A DNA stretch of 58,056 nucleotides from Chara braunii (lineage: Eukaryota; Plantae; Charophyceae), in assembly GCA_003427395.1 (NCBI GenBank), contig BFEA01000002.1, forward strand, positions 3,260,040 to 3,318,095, written 5' to 3'. Numbering within the stretch: position 1 is the stretch's first letter; each line of letters opens with the position of its first letter. Below are positions 37,281 through 49,904 of this stretch, piece by piece. Made by a program: the position numbers and the translations under genes. The notes beneath the pieces are model-generated. The model saw nothing but the letters and a program-made list of their open reading frames with translations. It was not told the origin of the DNA and ran no database searches.

Positions 37281-37734
37281 GTGAAAACTTCCACTCGCAA
37301 AAAAAAACCATGTAGATATAAGTTGTTGAACGCTACTTGGTTTAGGTCTTACAATAGGTTCTTTATCTTAACCATCGGTATCTTTGAGTTTTTTTTTTGC
37401 AATGTCGATAAGTACAATGTGCCTATTTTTGTTAAATCGGTGTAGGCGAACAATCGAATTTGTTTCTTTAGGTGCCACCAAGTGGCACCAACCTTTTCAT
37501 ATTGGTAGGTTGAACACTACATGATATAGTGTATTAGCATTTATGTTGAAGAGGTTTAAGCCATTGAACCATACGTTATGTTTTAAATCACTACAAGACG
37601 TCTGCGTTATATTTTAAATCACCATTGATCCAAACGTTATTTCCATGATGCGGTTTTTTTATTTCAGACTTGGCCTACTGAGCCAAAAGGATGGGCATCT
37701 ACTAGTAGCAGTTGTGGGGGGGGGGAGGATGTAT

Positions 37735-37975
37735 TCTTTCATCGTTATTTTTTTTTTTGCCATGAATAAAAATTAGTGTAATATTCTATAAAAAAATCAT
37801 TAGTTAGTTTTTATATTTTTTTATCGTTTATTTTGATCAATAAAAGTTATTTAATGCATTCTTTCGCCGCCATTTTTTTTTTGCCATGAATAAAAATTAG
37901 TGTAATATTCTCTAAAAAAATCATCAGTTAGTTTTTTTTTATTATTATTATTTATTTTTATCAATAAAGTTATTG
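37735..37975. repeat. AT-rich ~125-bp tandem duplication
   Basis: TTTTGCCATGAATAAAAATTAGTGTAATATTCT occurs twice. Confidence 0.85.
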
Positions 37976-38935
37976 AAGTTAGCGCATTTAACATTCTGGA
38001 ACAAGTGGCCAACTGGCAATGACAATGCCTACCCGCCAGTATTAAATCTTAATGATTTGACGACCTATAATACTTACCCTTTAAAAGTTTTAGATCTCTT
38101 TTGGACTTCTACCGTCTTCAACTGGATAAAACATTTGATCATTACAGTTGTAGCTGATACAACTTTCAGTCCAAACACCGCGAGAATGATTGAGCATTCT
38201 ATTTGGGTGAAGGTGGTAGTCGCAAGGTATGATCGCTCTTATATTTTTCAAAGGTGTCGGTTCTTGCAACAAAATTGGTTATCTACAAAATGCAAAACAT
38301 GAATCATCGCGCAACTTCTACCATCATTATACCCCATTTTTAATGGGCATACTTTAAAAAATTATCGCATCTCGACACATACGTAACAATCCACGACAAT
38401 AGTTTTTTTTTTTTCCCCTTCTAAGTTAGTTGTAGTGCCCTGCCAATGAGGCAGGGCGCTTTCGACGGACAACCGATACTTGCAACGAACGGGACACTCT
38501 TACATGTACTCAAGATTCTGTATCAAATAATTTTTACGCCCAAAGAGTTATTGTTGGTTTTGCTTTTTTTTTCGTAGAGTCGTGTTTGTTGAGAGCTGTA
38601 ACGCCCGTTGGGAGAGCAAATTCTCACTTGTGCCCAATGTTTTGTATCTCTCAACAAATCTCGGTCGCTAGAGAAAAATGGTGGGGGGGACGCAGGCCAC
38701 AAAGAGGCTCTTGCTGGCTCGTTATTTTTTTGCAAAATGCATTTTCAACCCCTGAAAAAGGTGCGTTGAAAGTAATGAGGTTTAAAACTTAGGTTAGATA
38801 AACTTCCATTTTCAAGGCTGTTCCAAGTTTGGATGTAGTAGTGTTCAGGTTAGTTTTACACATAGGTAGGTTATACTTTAGAACATGGAAATACTTGTCG
38901 GAAATCGAGGCGTATCATGCTCAACAATAAATGTT

Positions 38936-38996
<61 letters not shown>

Positions 38997-41900
38997 GCAT
39001 TAAGTGCGCAGGTGATTGTGTATGTGTGGCGTAAGTTGTACGTTGAAAACTGACGTACATCTGAATTTTGCCTCATCCGTCTATCGCTCGGTTTCTAGCT
39101 TTGTCCTCATGTTTATCTATGTTTGTCTTTGTCTCTTTCTTTATCTATCTATTTTTTTTTTCTCTCAAAAGGTAAAAGACAAATTAAGGCCCTTGTGATT
39201 ATATTCTCTGCGCCAACACGGTTAGCTTCTACCCTGTTTACAATGGTATCCCGCTTTCAAAATTATTGTGGTCTTGAGATAGATACGCCCACCCACAATA
39301 TCAGTGTCTTAGGGTTAGATCTCACCACGAGGCTGAGAAAGTTATTGACCGCGTCTTATGATTGTTTCCTTTTTAGGCCTGTACTGCTTGCGGAAACGAA
39401 CTCGCAGTGTGCATATTAAAGGATGCTACATAACATCCCAACTTCGAAAACTGCGAACTACCGGTCCCTGCAGGGCACAGACTTTTAAAGAACATGATGC
39501 AGCGACGCCCAATAGCAAACCCGTTTCCACCGTTTTCATCCTCGTGGTGCCCCCCCCCCCCAACCCCGCTCTGCTCTCAAGTTTTGTCCAAACGGAACGG
39601 GCATCGTGAGACAGTGCCCAATAGAAACATTTTGTGGCAGCAAGAAAAGCAAGGATCCTTGGACCATTAAACTTAGAAACATGCCAGGGGTCAGTTCAAA
39701 AACCTCCCCAAACAAGCATGTGGACCAAGTCATTCAACTTAGAAATAATGTTTGGTCCTCAAAAGAAACCGTGCAAGCCCCAAAAACAAAATCACAGTAG
39801 TCAGGTCATTCACCTTAGAAATATTATTTGACCCTTCGTAAGGTAAATGTCAAAGAAACATTGCAGTCATTCAACTTAAAAACATGTCTGGCTCTTTTTG
39901 TGACCCACAATCTCAATCAAGACCACCTTTCTCCCACCTTCCTCCCCAATTAATCCCTTTTAGTTTCGTTTTCAAACAGTAAAGTAGATAAACTTCGAGC
40001 GTGTATTCCTTTTACTTAGTCTAAATTCAGTTCTGAGTAAACACAATCCATAGGGATGCACAAATGCATTGCGATCAGCATAGAAAAATGTACTGGTTGG
40101 GTACTGATTGGGCGGGGTTAGCGGGCTCACACAAGGTAGAGAAGGGTATACCTGACAGTTCTCTACCTCTAGAACTCCTCCTAGATCTAGGTAAAGCTAT
40201 CACAATTGGTGGGTGGACCTCCGACAAGGTTTTGCCGCTGTCTTGTGGGTTGCAATCCCACCGGCCGCCTTCCCTTCCAAAATCAAATTAAAGTTAGAGT
40301 AAGAAGGACAGAACAAGAGGTTTTCGACTTTCGAGGTACAAGAATGGTACAACTCAGCTCGCGCGAGAGGGCCTTGATATCTTCTAGTTTAGAGTGGTCC
40401 GCAATGGTGGTCAAAAGTCGCATCAAGATGATCGCCTGACGACTCTTCAAATTGATGTAGTGCCCCCCTTGCGGAACCTGGCCACTTCCCCAAGTTGATA
40501 CATTGTTCCCATTAACTAACCGCTGGTACACAGCCTAAAAATACCACGTTCAAATAGAGCACACCCCTTGTTGCTCTATTCGAAACGCAGGTGAAATGAA
40601 GTAAGATTCAACTGAATACTGTGTGCACAATAGTAACCAGAGTAGCACTTGCAGTAGACTCGTCGGACTCTAGCATCGGTTTCAACCGAAATGCACAACT
40701 AGCAAGATACGATGACACACAAAGGAAGTACCGCCGCACAACAAATAATCCATAAGCGGCGATTGCACTTCCTTTAGCCGATGTCTTGAGATTGCATGAT
40801 CCCCCACTTCTCCAAGTAGCGGCTCGTACGAGGGGACCACCCATCTCTTGACCTACTGTCGGACCAGTTTGGACGCAGACCTCTGATCTGCAAATAGTAA
40901 TGAAAACCAGGTAGCGGAAAATTGTTCAGCAAGCAGAAACACACTGGTATGATGCTGGTGGAGATCCAAAATAAACGACCTCACTCTAAAAAAAAAAGTA
41001 GGTACCCAGTACCATTACTACTGCGGGCAAGCTTCTCGTCTCCTTTACGGTTGGTGTAGTGGCGTCAACTTGTGGTTTTGCAATACGTTTTTATTACGGT
41101 AGTGTTTCCCCTAAAGAAGCAGTAATAGCAGAAGAACGGTACCGTAATAATGACAAAGGTGCAACAATACCGTAGTGGGGCAAGCGGTAGTGGCAACGGA
41201 ACATAGTAGCGATCTGGATACCACAACCAAAAGCAGTAGCAACATCACCCAGTTGAGGTAGTTGCGGTGATGATTAGGACATAATAGCAATAGTTTGCCC
41301 TTCAATATACAGCGATAGCAATCGAAAACCTTTGTTACACCAACACTTCAATTTCAACAGAACTTTTTCCTCAGAAAGTTGCCGCAGTCAATTGTCTAAC
41401 CAAAGCATTATCAGGCTAAATGACCCATGAGCAGTTAAATCGGTCAACAGGGAGGTAGAAAGTTGAGGGTGTGGCGGGCCGTATTAACAGTAGCGTCAAG
41501 CTAAGTAGATCAATGACTGCCCTCGTTCACGAAACCCAAGTCAGCACTCTTCGCAGACACGACCCTCCACCATATGAGCCGAGTTATGCACCACCACGCG
41601 GCAAACTTCGTAATCCCTCTTCAACTACCTTCCTCTTTTTCTTGCATTCTTTGTCCTTCAGTGTTCCGTTCCCAAGGCTTGCGCCTTGGCGATGTCGATT
41701 GCCTCCCCTGCCGCAACACTTTACACAACCTCTCGTACTATGTTGGAACAATGCAAGTAAACTTCCTTTTTCTTTTCTATCTTCGAACTACTTGTTTTCT
41801 CTCTCACACACTCTCTTTCTTTGCCTCGCCCCACAAGTTCTCTCACAGTTTCACGTTGCCCTCTCGACCAGATACAACTGGCCAAGGCGCTTCAACGATG

Positions 41901-43050
41901 AGTAGGAAGATGGTGGCAACCACTGTAAATACAATGAGCACCCAAGTGTGGTGGAATAATTCGAGCGTCGAGACCTTGAAAACGAGCAGTGTGGCGACCA
42001 AGCGAGCCGTGAAACCACACTTCCTCACTGTGCAAAATGAGAATGAATCCCTTGCCAAAACGAGATTAGATAAATTCCCCGTTCACACCGAGTCGGTGCA
42101 CAACTTGGCTCCGTAGCTCAACTACCAATTCATCCCACATTGCTATCTCGACCAAGTAAGTACGCTCCTTCTCCCTCTCTTGAGTGTGCTTGTGCTCTCA
42201 GGCCGTTCAACCAGTGATGATGTTGATGACGACCACTCGCAAACTCAACGATCACTACGAACGACACACAACAAGGTCATGATGACCAAGGCAAGGGCGA
42301 ATAATGCGAAGAAGGCGATCATCACTAAATAGAGGAGAACGACCGCCAATGAAAAAGAGGAGGGCCATGATAGGGCCGAAGTCAGGGTGACAAGCAATGC
42401 TACAGGAGGAACGATTACGAGCGGGACGCAAATGGCGAGCAGAATGACGTCGTGCCCAGCACTCACGATGGGTGACACCATCTCGACGATGAGCACATTC
42501 AGTAACACAATCTCAGAGAATCCGGACGATAAGCAGTAACACGGCCTTGCCTCCTACACTCATTAGATGTGAAATATGAGGATGAATCTTTCACTTAGAC
42601 ACAGGAAGATACTTGCCTTCAATGTCTCTTGCTACAATGCCTACTATACAACTTGAAAGCAATCCGTTGATGAATCTTCCGCTAAGAAGGGGTGGGTACA
42701 TGCCAAGTAAGTATCTCGCTTGACAGGGCGCTCACGCACGCGCACCAGTACTCCACCACTCCGATTTTTCACGCACACGCTCGTGCCCGCTCCCTCGTGC
42801 GTTCAGTCCTCCTCCTTCGTTCTTTCTAATCCCCCTTCTTCCCTCCTCTTTTCCCTTTTTGCCTCTAATCCCTGCTCGCTACGACCTTCCACGCCCATAA
42901 CGTCGATAACGATCAAGATGGCAACATAAGCACGATCGTGATTCCAACAGCCATGAAGAAAACAACCAGCGGGGTCGTGGTGGAGGCTATTACGGCAACC
43001 AAGATGAGGAATACTTAGATGGACGCACTCCTTGACAGCAGAGTGCTAAC

Positions 43051-43158
43051 AAAAAAAAAAGAAGGAAATCTTATTTCGATTTATAGGAGGAACCCTTATG
43101 CAGGGGCTATGCTAATCTTTTCTGTACCATTCCATCTTTAACAGATGTCCCGAAGGAC
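43051..43158 (-). ncRNA. U6: U6 snRNA-like sequence (diverged variant or pseudogene) with T10 terminator
   Basis: Minus strand reads GTCCTTCGGGACATCTGTTAAAGATGGAATGGTACAGAAAAGATTAGCATAGCCCCTGCATAAGG...ATAAATCGA...T10, collinear with plant U6. ACAGAGA has become ACAGAAA and the 3' third is diverged. Confidence 0.85.
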
Positions 43159-43235
43159 GACTACGGGACAATAGCCTGGAGATGTCACCTTCGGGCTAAC
43201 CGTCCTCAAGCAATTCAAGAATACTTAGTTTTACC

Positions 43236-43308
43236 CCTAGTTCCTTTCATTTGGATTTGAACTCCTGTCTGTAATTCCCCAAGTCATAGGTATACCAACG
43301 GAACTAGG
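43236..43308 (-). promoter_or_regulatory. tRNA-like Pol III A/B-box module upstream of the U6-like sequence
   Basis: A-box-like TAGTTCCGTTGG and B-box-like GAGTTCAAATCC ~30 nt apart, enclosed by the 9-bp stem CCTAGTTCC/GGAACTAGG. Similar to the elements at 18627-18854. Confidence 0.6.
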
Positions 43309-44084
43309 ACAACCTGCCCCAGGATCGGTTCCGGTAGTGGGACTCAAAAAAAGGAAGAAAGTAAAAAAAGTAAAGTAATAAAAAGGGAGAATCCGGGACT
43401 ATACCTAGGGGGAGGGTAACCGTCAACACCCCTTTTTGTCCCACTCGTCGGCCCCAGGGTCGGGGTCGACGAGAAAACCAACGAGGATAGTCTCGCTAGA
43501 CCCTCAAACCCTCGGTTCCTTCAGACTGCTCCATTGCTCCCGCATCGCCAAATACTGGCCTTGATCCCCGAACCTGTTCTATGAAAGTCCAGCACCGTAA
43601 CCAATAGTGCTATGCCCAAGGCTGGTATTAGCATTAGAGGATTCAAGGAGGAAACCTATATAAACGGGTTCCACCCATTGCACAACCTCATCATGGTGCC
43701 CCAAACTATACCCCGGCCCACTGGTCAGGCGTACGGCCGTCGAAGTTGGCGCATTCACCTCATGGGCGCCCAACACTACTTACGGTCGCACGTGCACCAG
43801 GACAACTAGGAATTTTAAGTCCTAATCATCACTTTCTAATAAAAAACTAATATTTTTATCACGAATACTAGGCCTTGGCACACTAGAATTCACCTCACGC
43901 CTTAAACTCGCACGTTCACACACTTCCTCTTGTGTCGGCCCGTCACTCTGGCTACAGAAAGTCAGTCACGGGCTGAGCAACACTTATGTGAATGTCTACC
44001 CTAAATACCATCTCATGTGCAACTTGTACAAGGTGCAAAATCACGCGCGAATACCCTTGTAAGGGTATTCACGCCTACAGTGGG

Positions 44085-44290
44085 GCCGCATACGTGCCTG
44101 GGGCGGGAGGAGCTGGGGGTGGGGATGCTTCGAGAAGGGGGATCTATGGAGGGGGTCCGTGGTGGGGGTGCGGGGGTGGGGGTGCCAGGGGTGGGGGTCG
44201 GTGGTGGTGATGTCGGGGACCGGGGGCGGGGGTTAGTGTTGGGAGTCTCGGGGTCTCTCTATCTCTCCCTCTCTTCTCCCTCCCTCTCTT

Positions 44291-44321
<31 letters not shown>

Positions 44322-44352
44322 TACACACACACACACTCACACACCTCTCTTT

Positions 44353-44389
<37 letters not shown>

Positions 44390-44825
44390 GCACTCTCACA
44401 CACATAACCCAGAGGAGGTGACCGATAGCACGGGTGTGGGGGTTGGAAACTGGGGTGGGAGTGCTGGGGTTCGAGGCTGGGGGTGCAGGGGTCCGGTGGT
44501 AGGGGTGTCGGCGTTCGGTGGTCGGGGTGCCTAAGTTCGGTGATTGGGGTGTCGGGGTCTGGTGGTGGGGGTGTAGGGATCTGAGGGCGGGATCGATGGT
44601 GGGGGTGTCGAGGTCCAGTGGCGGGGGTGAGGTGGAGGGAGCAGAGGGCAGGTGTGGGGTCGAGGGGGCAGAGGGCGGGGGCGCGGTCTGGGGCTGAAGC
44701 GGTGGGGGTAGGGAGCGGTGACGGGGGCCGGGGGTCAACAATCCCCGGTCCAGTGGTCGTCCCCCCCTGGGTTGGGGATCCAGAGGCGGTGGCGGGGATC
44801 CCGGTTTTCAGAAGGGGATCCCTGC
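44085..44825. repeat. G-rich low-complexity region with internal CT and CA microsatellites
   Basis: Many GGGGT and GGGGATC motifs. Confidence 0.7.
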
Positions 44826-47800
44826 ATGACAACCGTTAAAGAGGAGTTGATGATGGTGGTGGCAAGCAACAAATGATCTAGAGGGAGGGCAACTGTATAG
44901 CAGAGAAGCAAGACATGTACGGAGTGGTTTCCAATTTAGGGAGGGGAGGGGAATGAAGGAAGACAAGGCTGGCTGATCGGAGGGAGTGGGGATGGCGTGT
45001 GCATTGTGCGCAGGAAGTCCACTCGTGTGCGGTGTATGACACCAACTTCTCTGCATGAGCGAGTCTATGAGCCTTTTTTCTTTTTTACCTGCAGAGTAAC
45101 AACGGACGATCTAATCAGTTTTAGTTTCTCCACCAAGTCCAAATTGCATTATCAATGAACGGGGTGTTCGGCTCAACGTATCCTCGGTATGTGTATTTTT
45201 GCCTTGTCTGAGGGACAAGTCCATGGTAATCCCTGATACCTGGACACATCGGCCAATCATAACTCGTTAGTTCTGTAGTTATAGGAACTTCCTTTCCCTC
45301 TTTTTTTCTATCTTATACGTAGGATTTGCTCGCGCCTTGGAGAGCGTGCTTGAAATTTCTTTTTGCTCAGATTTCTTGAATATGAAAGTCAGGGTTGTCT
45401 GTTGGGATACTCAGCAACAAATCCTTCCCTTGTACAAATGTGAAAATACCTATGCAAGCCCCATGCAATTTTTGTTAATGGATTTGGAATAGGCGTAGGA
45501 ATTCACGTGTGCGCAAAATCTTTTTTCAAACTTTTCAGTTTCAAATCGACTTTAGGAATTAGGTGCGGCTTCACTGATATTTCATGTAACTGTTTTGGTG
45601 CCCTTATAATTTTGCGCGCGTACATCTTTCTGCACCCGATTTTTGCAAAGCAATTTTTCCTCGTTTTTCAAAAGCCGTTATTCGTGCCATTAGCGCTAAG
45701 CTGTAACTGTCTTCTTTTCTTTCTTTGCGTGATGTTCTTCATTCTCACTGTCGTTGAATCTTGGTTTTGCTATGCCATGCCTTCGGTAACCTCCCTTCTG
45801 ACCTTCGTCTACACGCAGGAAGGCCCCGCCTACCCATAGAAATCAAATGACAACATGTGAAGAGGCTTTGAAAACCTCATGCTACAATCTGACTGAATAC
45901 GAAGTACTTCGCACACTGACAGATGGGACAGATGGGCATAACCCTCCAGAGTGTGTTTCCCCTTATGTCCTCCTATTCCTATCATCCCCACTCTTTTTCC
46001 CTTCTCTCCTTCTCTACAACTGTAAATCTCGCAAGCGCGTTGCTTCCGCTCTCTTGCAATACATCGGCCAACTCTGGAGGAGTAGTGGTTAGATGAGGTG
46101 GTGATCAACAGTTCAAAAAGTGATGATGTGTCAGTTGCAGCTTTGCGGGATTGCGTGTTGGATCGCTGCTACAAACTGCAGGATCCAGACGAATTTGCGC
46201 AGTAGTTGAGTGTATGGGATGATGATCGGAGCTATTTATAAGAAAACTTGGAGGCCTTTTTAACCAAAAATTGCATCATTCCACAAAGTGCACATAATAT
46301 TAACAAACCACAAAAAAAAAAAAAAAAAAGGATGAAATTGTAAGGCAAAAGTGCACTTGAATAAAATTTTGCTCTTAGAGAATTTTTAAAAATTTCAGTT
46401 TTTTTTTTGAAATGGTTATAATAGACAATCCCAATGGACAAAAACACTTCAGAACACTGAGAAATGGTCTTGATTGGATGGATGACCCAAGGTCATAGCT
46501 CGAGAGCAGAAGGCCTTGCGTCTTGTTTTTTTTGTATCTCTGCCGGTTACTGTTCGGAGTGGCGATGCGTCAATTTTGTTTTTTATTTTGAGTGAGTGTA
46601 TATCCTCTCTCTCTTTTCTCTCCCTTTCCATGGATGTATGAGCAAATGTATGATTATACATCAGTCGTAAAAGGTGAATCGTTACAAGTACTCATCCTCG
46701 TGTAGTCAAAATTTTTGTCGGGCTATGATTGTTGAAGCAGAAAAACCAAGTTCGGTTCAATGGTTAAAATGTGTGTTCGTCTCGTTCTTTTGGAAGTAAT
46801 GTGCTAATGATGGATGTACGCGACTTCGGTTTATCTTTATCTCTTGACGATCTCGTCGGGATGTGTTCTCCGCGCTTTCAATCGATCCACCCAGCTCGTT
46901 CCTTGATATTATCTTGAAGGATGTAATTAGGACCTTCGTTGCGTCTCAATTGATTGAAAACGTGTAATTCATCGGACACCCCTTACTTTTGTCATTTTAA
47001 TCATTTAATAGATCGACCTTTTTGACAGTTGTTTTACTTGTTAAGATTTTTGCTCTTCTTGTCGCCGAGGATACCAGTCGTTCTGTAGTTCCTTGATATT
47101 TTTTGTTGATGTCACATGGAGTATATATCTTCGACCCCCGTCCTTTTCCCTTAGAGAAATTGCCGCGAATGAGCTCATAAGAACTTCTTGCATAACTTTT
47201 CCATTAGTTTCCTAGGTGATTCCCCAAGCCGACATAATACCGGTGCCGGTGCGAATACCCTTACAAGGGTACTCGCACTGGGTTTTTATAGTTGACCGAG
47301 GAATGGGTCGATTCAGAATTTATGGGAAGACTACACGAGTTGCAGGGGCGCGCGGACTAAAGGTTCGAAGGTAATACCTAGAAATAGAGAGTGTGTGGGC
47401 GCGCAGGTTTGAGGCGCACGTGATCTTCTCCCTTTTTTATTGCAATAGAAGGCACGGCGTGGATGTTCGTCGCCGTGCTCTATCATAACAGTCGTTTTGT
47501 TTTGATTAAACTGACTAACTTAGGGACGCTCCGTTCTCTGGTCTCGCATAGTATGTTGGATGGTTCAGTGAGCCAATGTGGACTTACATGGAATCCAGAT
47601 GATGGGAACTGATGGATTCGTCCGGGTAAGGGTAGCCGCGGCACGGTTGGGAGGTCGACGCGGCTTTTTGTGGTCATGTGTGTGAGTGCGGGCTAGGAAA
47701 TGGCATGGGGTGGCTCCTTTGGCCCCAAAAGGTTGGGGGCTACCTCTTTATTAGGTGAGTGAGGCCTGTTGGTACCAGGCTTGGGCTTAGCCCTATAGGT

Positions 47801-48180
47801 TACAGAACCGGACTGGTACGCAGCAGACGCAGGGATCGAGGCCAACAGTATGCGGCAAGGGAGCGGAGAAGCGTGGCGAAAAGGCTTGAGGGGTTGATGC
47901 GCCTGTGGGACTACCCCCCTCGCCTTTTGTTGCCGCGGGGCCGAGCACGGGGGTGTCACCGTGCAGCTTGGTTGCGGCGGGGTAGGGGGATGTTCGGTTG
48001 TTGTCCACACTGCACCTCACTTCAGCCTTGCTGTGTTGTTGTTGGTACAGCTGCGCAAGCCACTGTATGGTTGTTACACTGTGCGCTGTGGTGCCGGTCG
48101 CGGCTGCTCCTTTGCAGTGAACCTTGCTGACTCACTGTGACTTCACTTCTGGTTGCGGAAGTTGCTGAGCCGATTTCAGG

Positions 48181-49406
48181 CTGCTGCATTGTGTGGAATA
48201 CGGTCGTTTGGCCGGGTGACAGCAGCTCCGATTGGGGCAAGGGGATGACGCAATGCAAGGGAGAGTGATCGTACGGTAGGTGAGGCTATTGACTGCAGCT
48301 TGGAGGAGTGTCTGGACTGCGAGGAAGATTACTGTTACAGGCGGCTGAGTTGTGCTGAAGGTGATGGCTGTTTGGGCGCCGGGACTACGGTCTTGCGAGA
48401 AGTGGCTGATATCTACTATGGGGGAGTTATTGTTGTGACTGTGCGCCAGTGGCCGCATACCGCGGCAGTCTGCTGTGGGCTACCGCTGTGTACCGCTGCT
48501 GCGAGTGTGGACCGTGCGGGGGTTGTTGTCCCTGTTGACTGCGGTATACTATTGAGTATCGCGACAACCGTGGCTGAATGTTGCAGTCTGCTATACGACG
48601 GCGGCCGGACATGGGAAGGTGACTGGGCTTGGAAAAGGAGATTGCTGCTGCAGCTCAGTGGAACGGTGGCAAAGGAGGTTAATGCTGTGATTCGGGAGGA
48701 CGACATAGATTGGACTTCGATGATTGACTGCTGAGTTGACCAAGTTGTCACACCGGCTGCCATTGCGGGGCCCTCAGGCGCACGACTGCTGCATTGTGTG
48801 GAATACGGTCGTTTGGCCGGGTGACAGCAGCTCCGATTGGGGGAAGGGGATGACGCAATGCAAGAAATTTTTCCAGAAGTTAAAGATTTCCGTACGGTAG
48901 GTGAGGCTGTTGACTGCAACTTGGAGGAGTGTCTAGACTGCGAGGAAGATTACTGTTACAGGCGGCTGCGTTGTGCTGAAGGTGACGGTTGTTTGGGCGC
49001 CGGGATTACGGTCTTGCGAGAAGTGGCTGATATCTACTATGGGGGAGTTGTTGTTGTGACTGTGCGCCAGTGGCCGCATACCGCGGCAGTCTGCTGTGGG
49101 CTACCGCTGTGTACCGCTGCTGCGACTGTGGACCGTGCGAGGGCTGCTATCCCTGTAAACTGCGGTATACCATTGAGTATCGTGACAACCGTGGCTGAAT
49201 GTTGCAGTCTGCTATACGACGGCGGCAGGACATGGGAAGGTGACTGGGCTTGGAAAAGGAGGTTGCTGCTGCAGCTCAGTGGAACGGTGGCAAATGAGGT
49301 TAATGTTGTGATTCAGGAGGACGACAGAGATTGGACTTCGATGATTGACTGCTGAGTTGACCAAGCTGTCACACCGGCTGCCATTGCGGGGCCCTCAGGC
49401 GCACGA
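48181..49406. repeat. ~610-bp tandem duplication (48181-48785 and 48786-49406)
   Basis: Near-identical adjacent copies, reflected in the paralogous ORFs 48300-48734 and 48837-49355. Confidence 0.92.
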
Positions 49407-49904
49407 AGATTACAAGGCCCTCTCCAGTGAGCTTGAGAGCACCCCCCTTGTATCTGAGAGTCTCAAACTTTCTTCTTCGATCCTTTTTACTCTAAGTTTA
49501 GTCCTGATCTGAGGGGAAGGCGGCAGGTGGGATTGCAACCCGTAGGACCGCATCAAGACTCTGTGGGGAGTCAGCCCACCAATTGAGGGAGCTCTGCCGG
49601 AACTCAGGAGGAGTTATGGAGGCAGGGAACTAACAGGTAACCATTGTTGTCCCCTCTATAAACCCCGTTATAGCCCCTATCTGTACTACCTATTGCATCG
49701 CTGATTGAATATATGATGTGCAGCCCTACCTTTTTTTGTTTTGACTTTCAGGACACTGAACAAGATTAAGTAAAGGAGTGTATGTTCAAGTTCAGTTTTA
49801 ACTTTATTGGTTGTGTGAATTCAGATTGCTGAAAGAAACTGCATCTGGGGAAAGGCAGGATGGAGGGTTGTTTTGCTTGAAGGTTGGTTGGGTCATTAAG
49901 GCTG

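Larger units (their letters stand above)
39630..44074 (-). mobile_element. Interrupted, diverged copy A of the long element family (homology visible at ~39630-40410 and ~43880-44074)
   Basis: The reverse complement aligns in the same order with element B: terminal palindrome, GTGTGTG..GTTT.AGGCG block, AAGGCCCTCTC..GGTGGGATTGCAACCC block and TAAGTT hairpins. The middle part has no visible homology. Confidence 0.55.

Noticed and set aside
45089-47230. Possible decayed minus-strand transposase or gene
   Set aside because: The frames I translated are broken by many stops and contain no diagnostic motif I can recognise.
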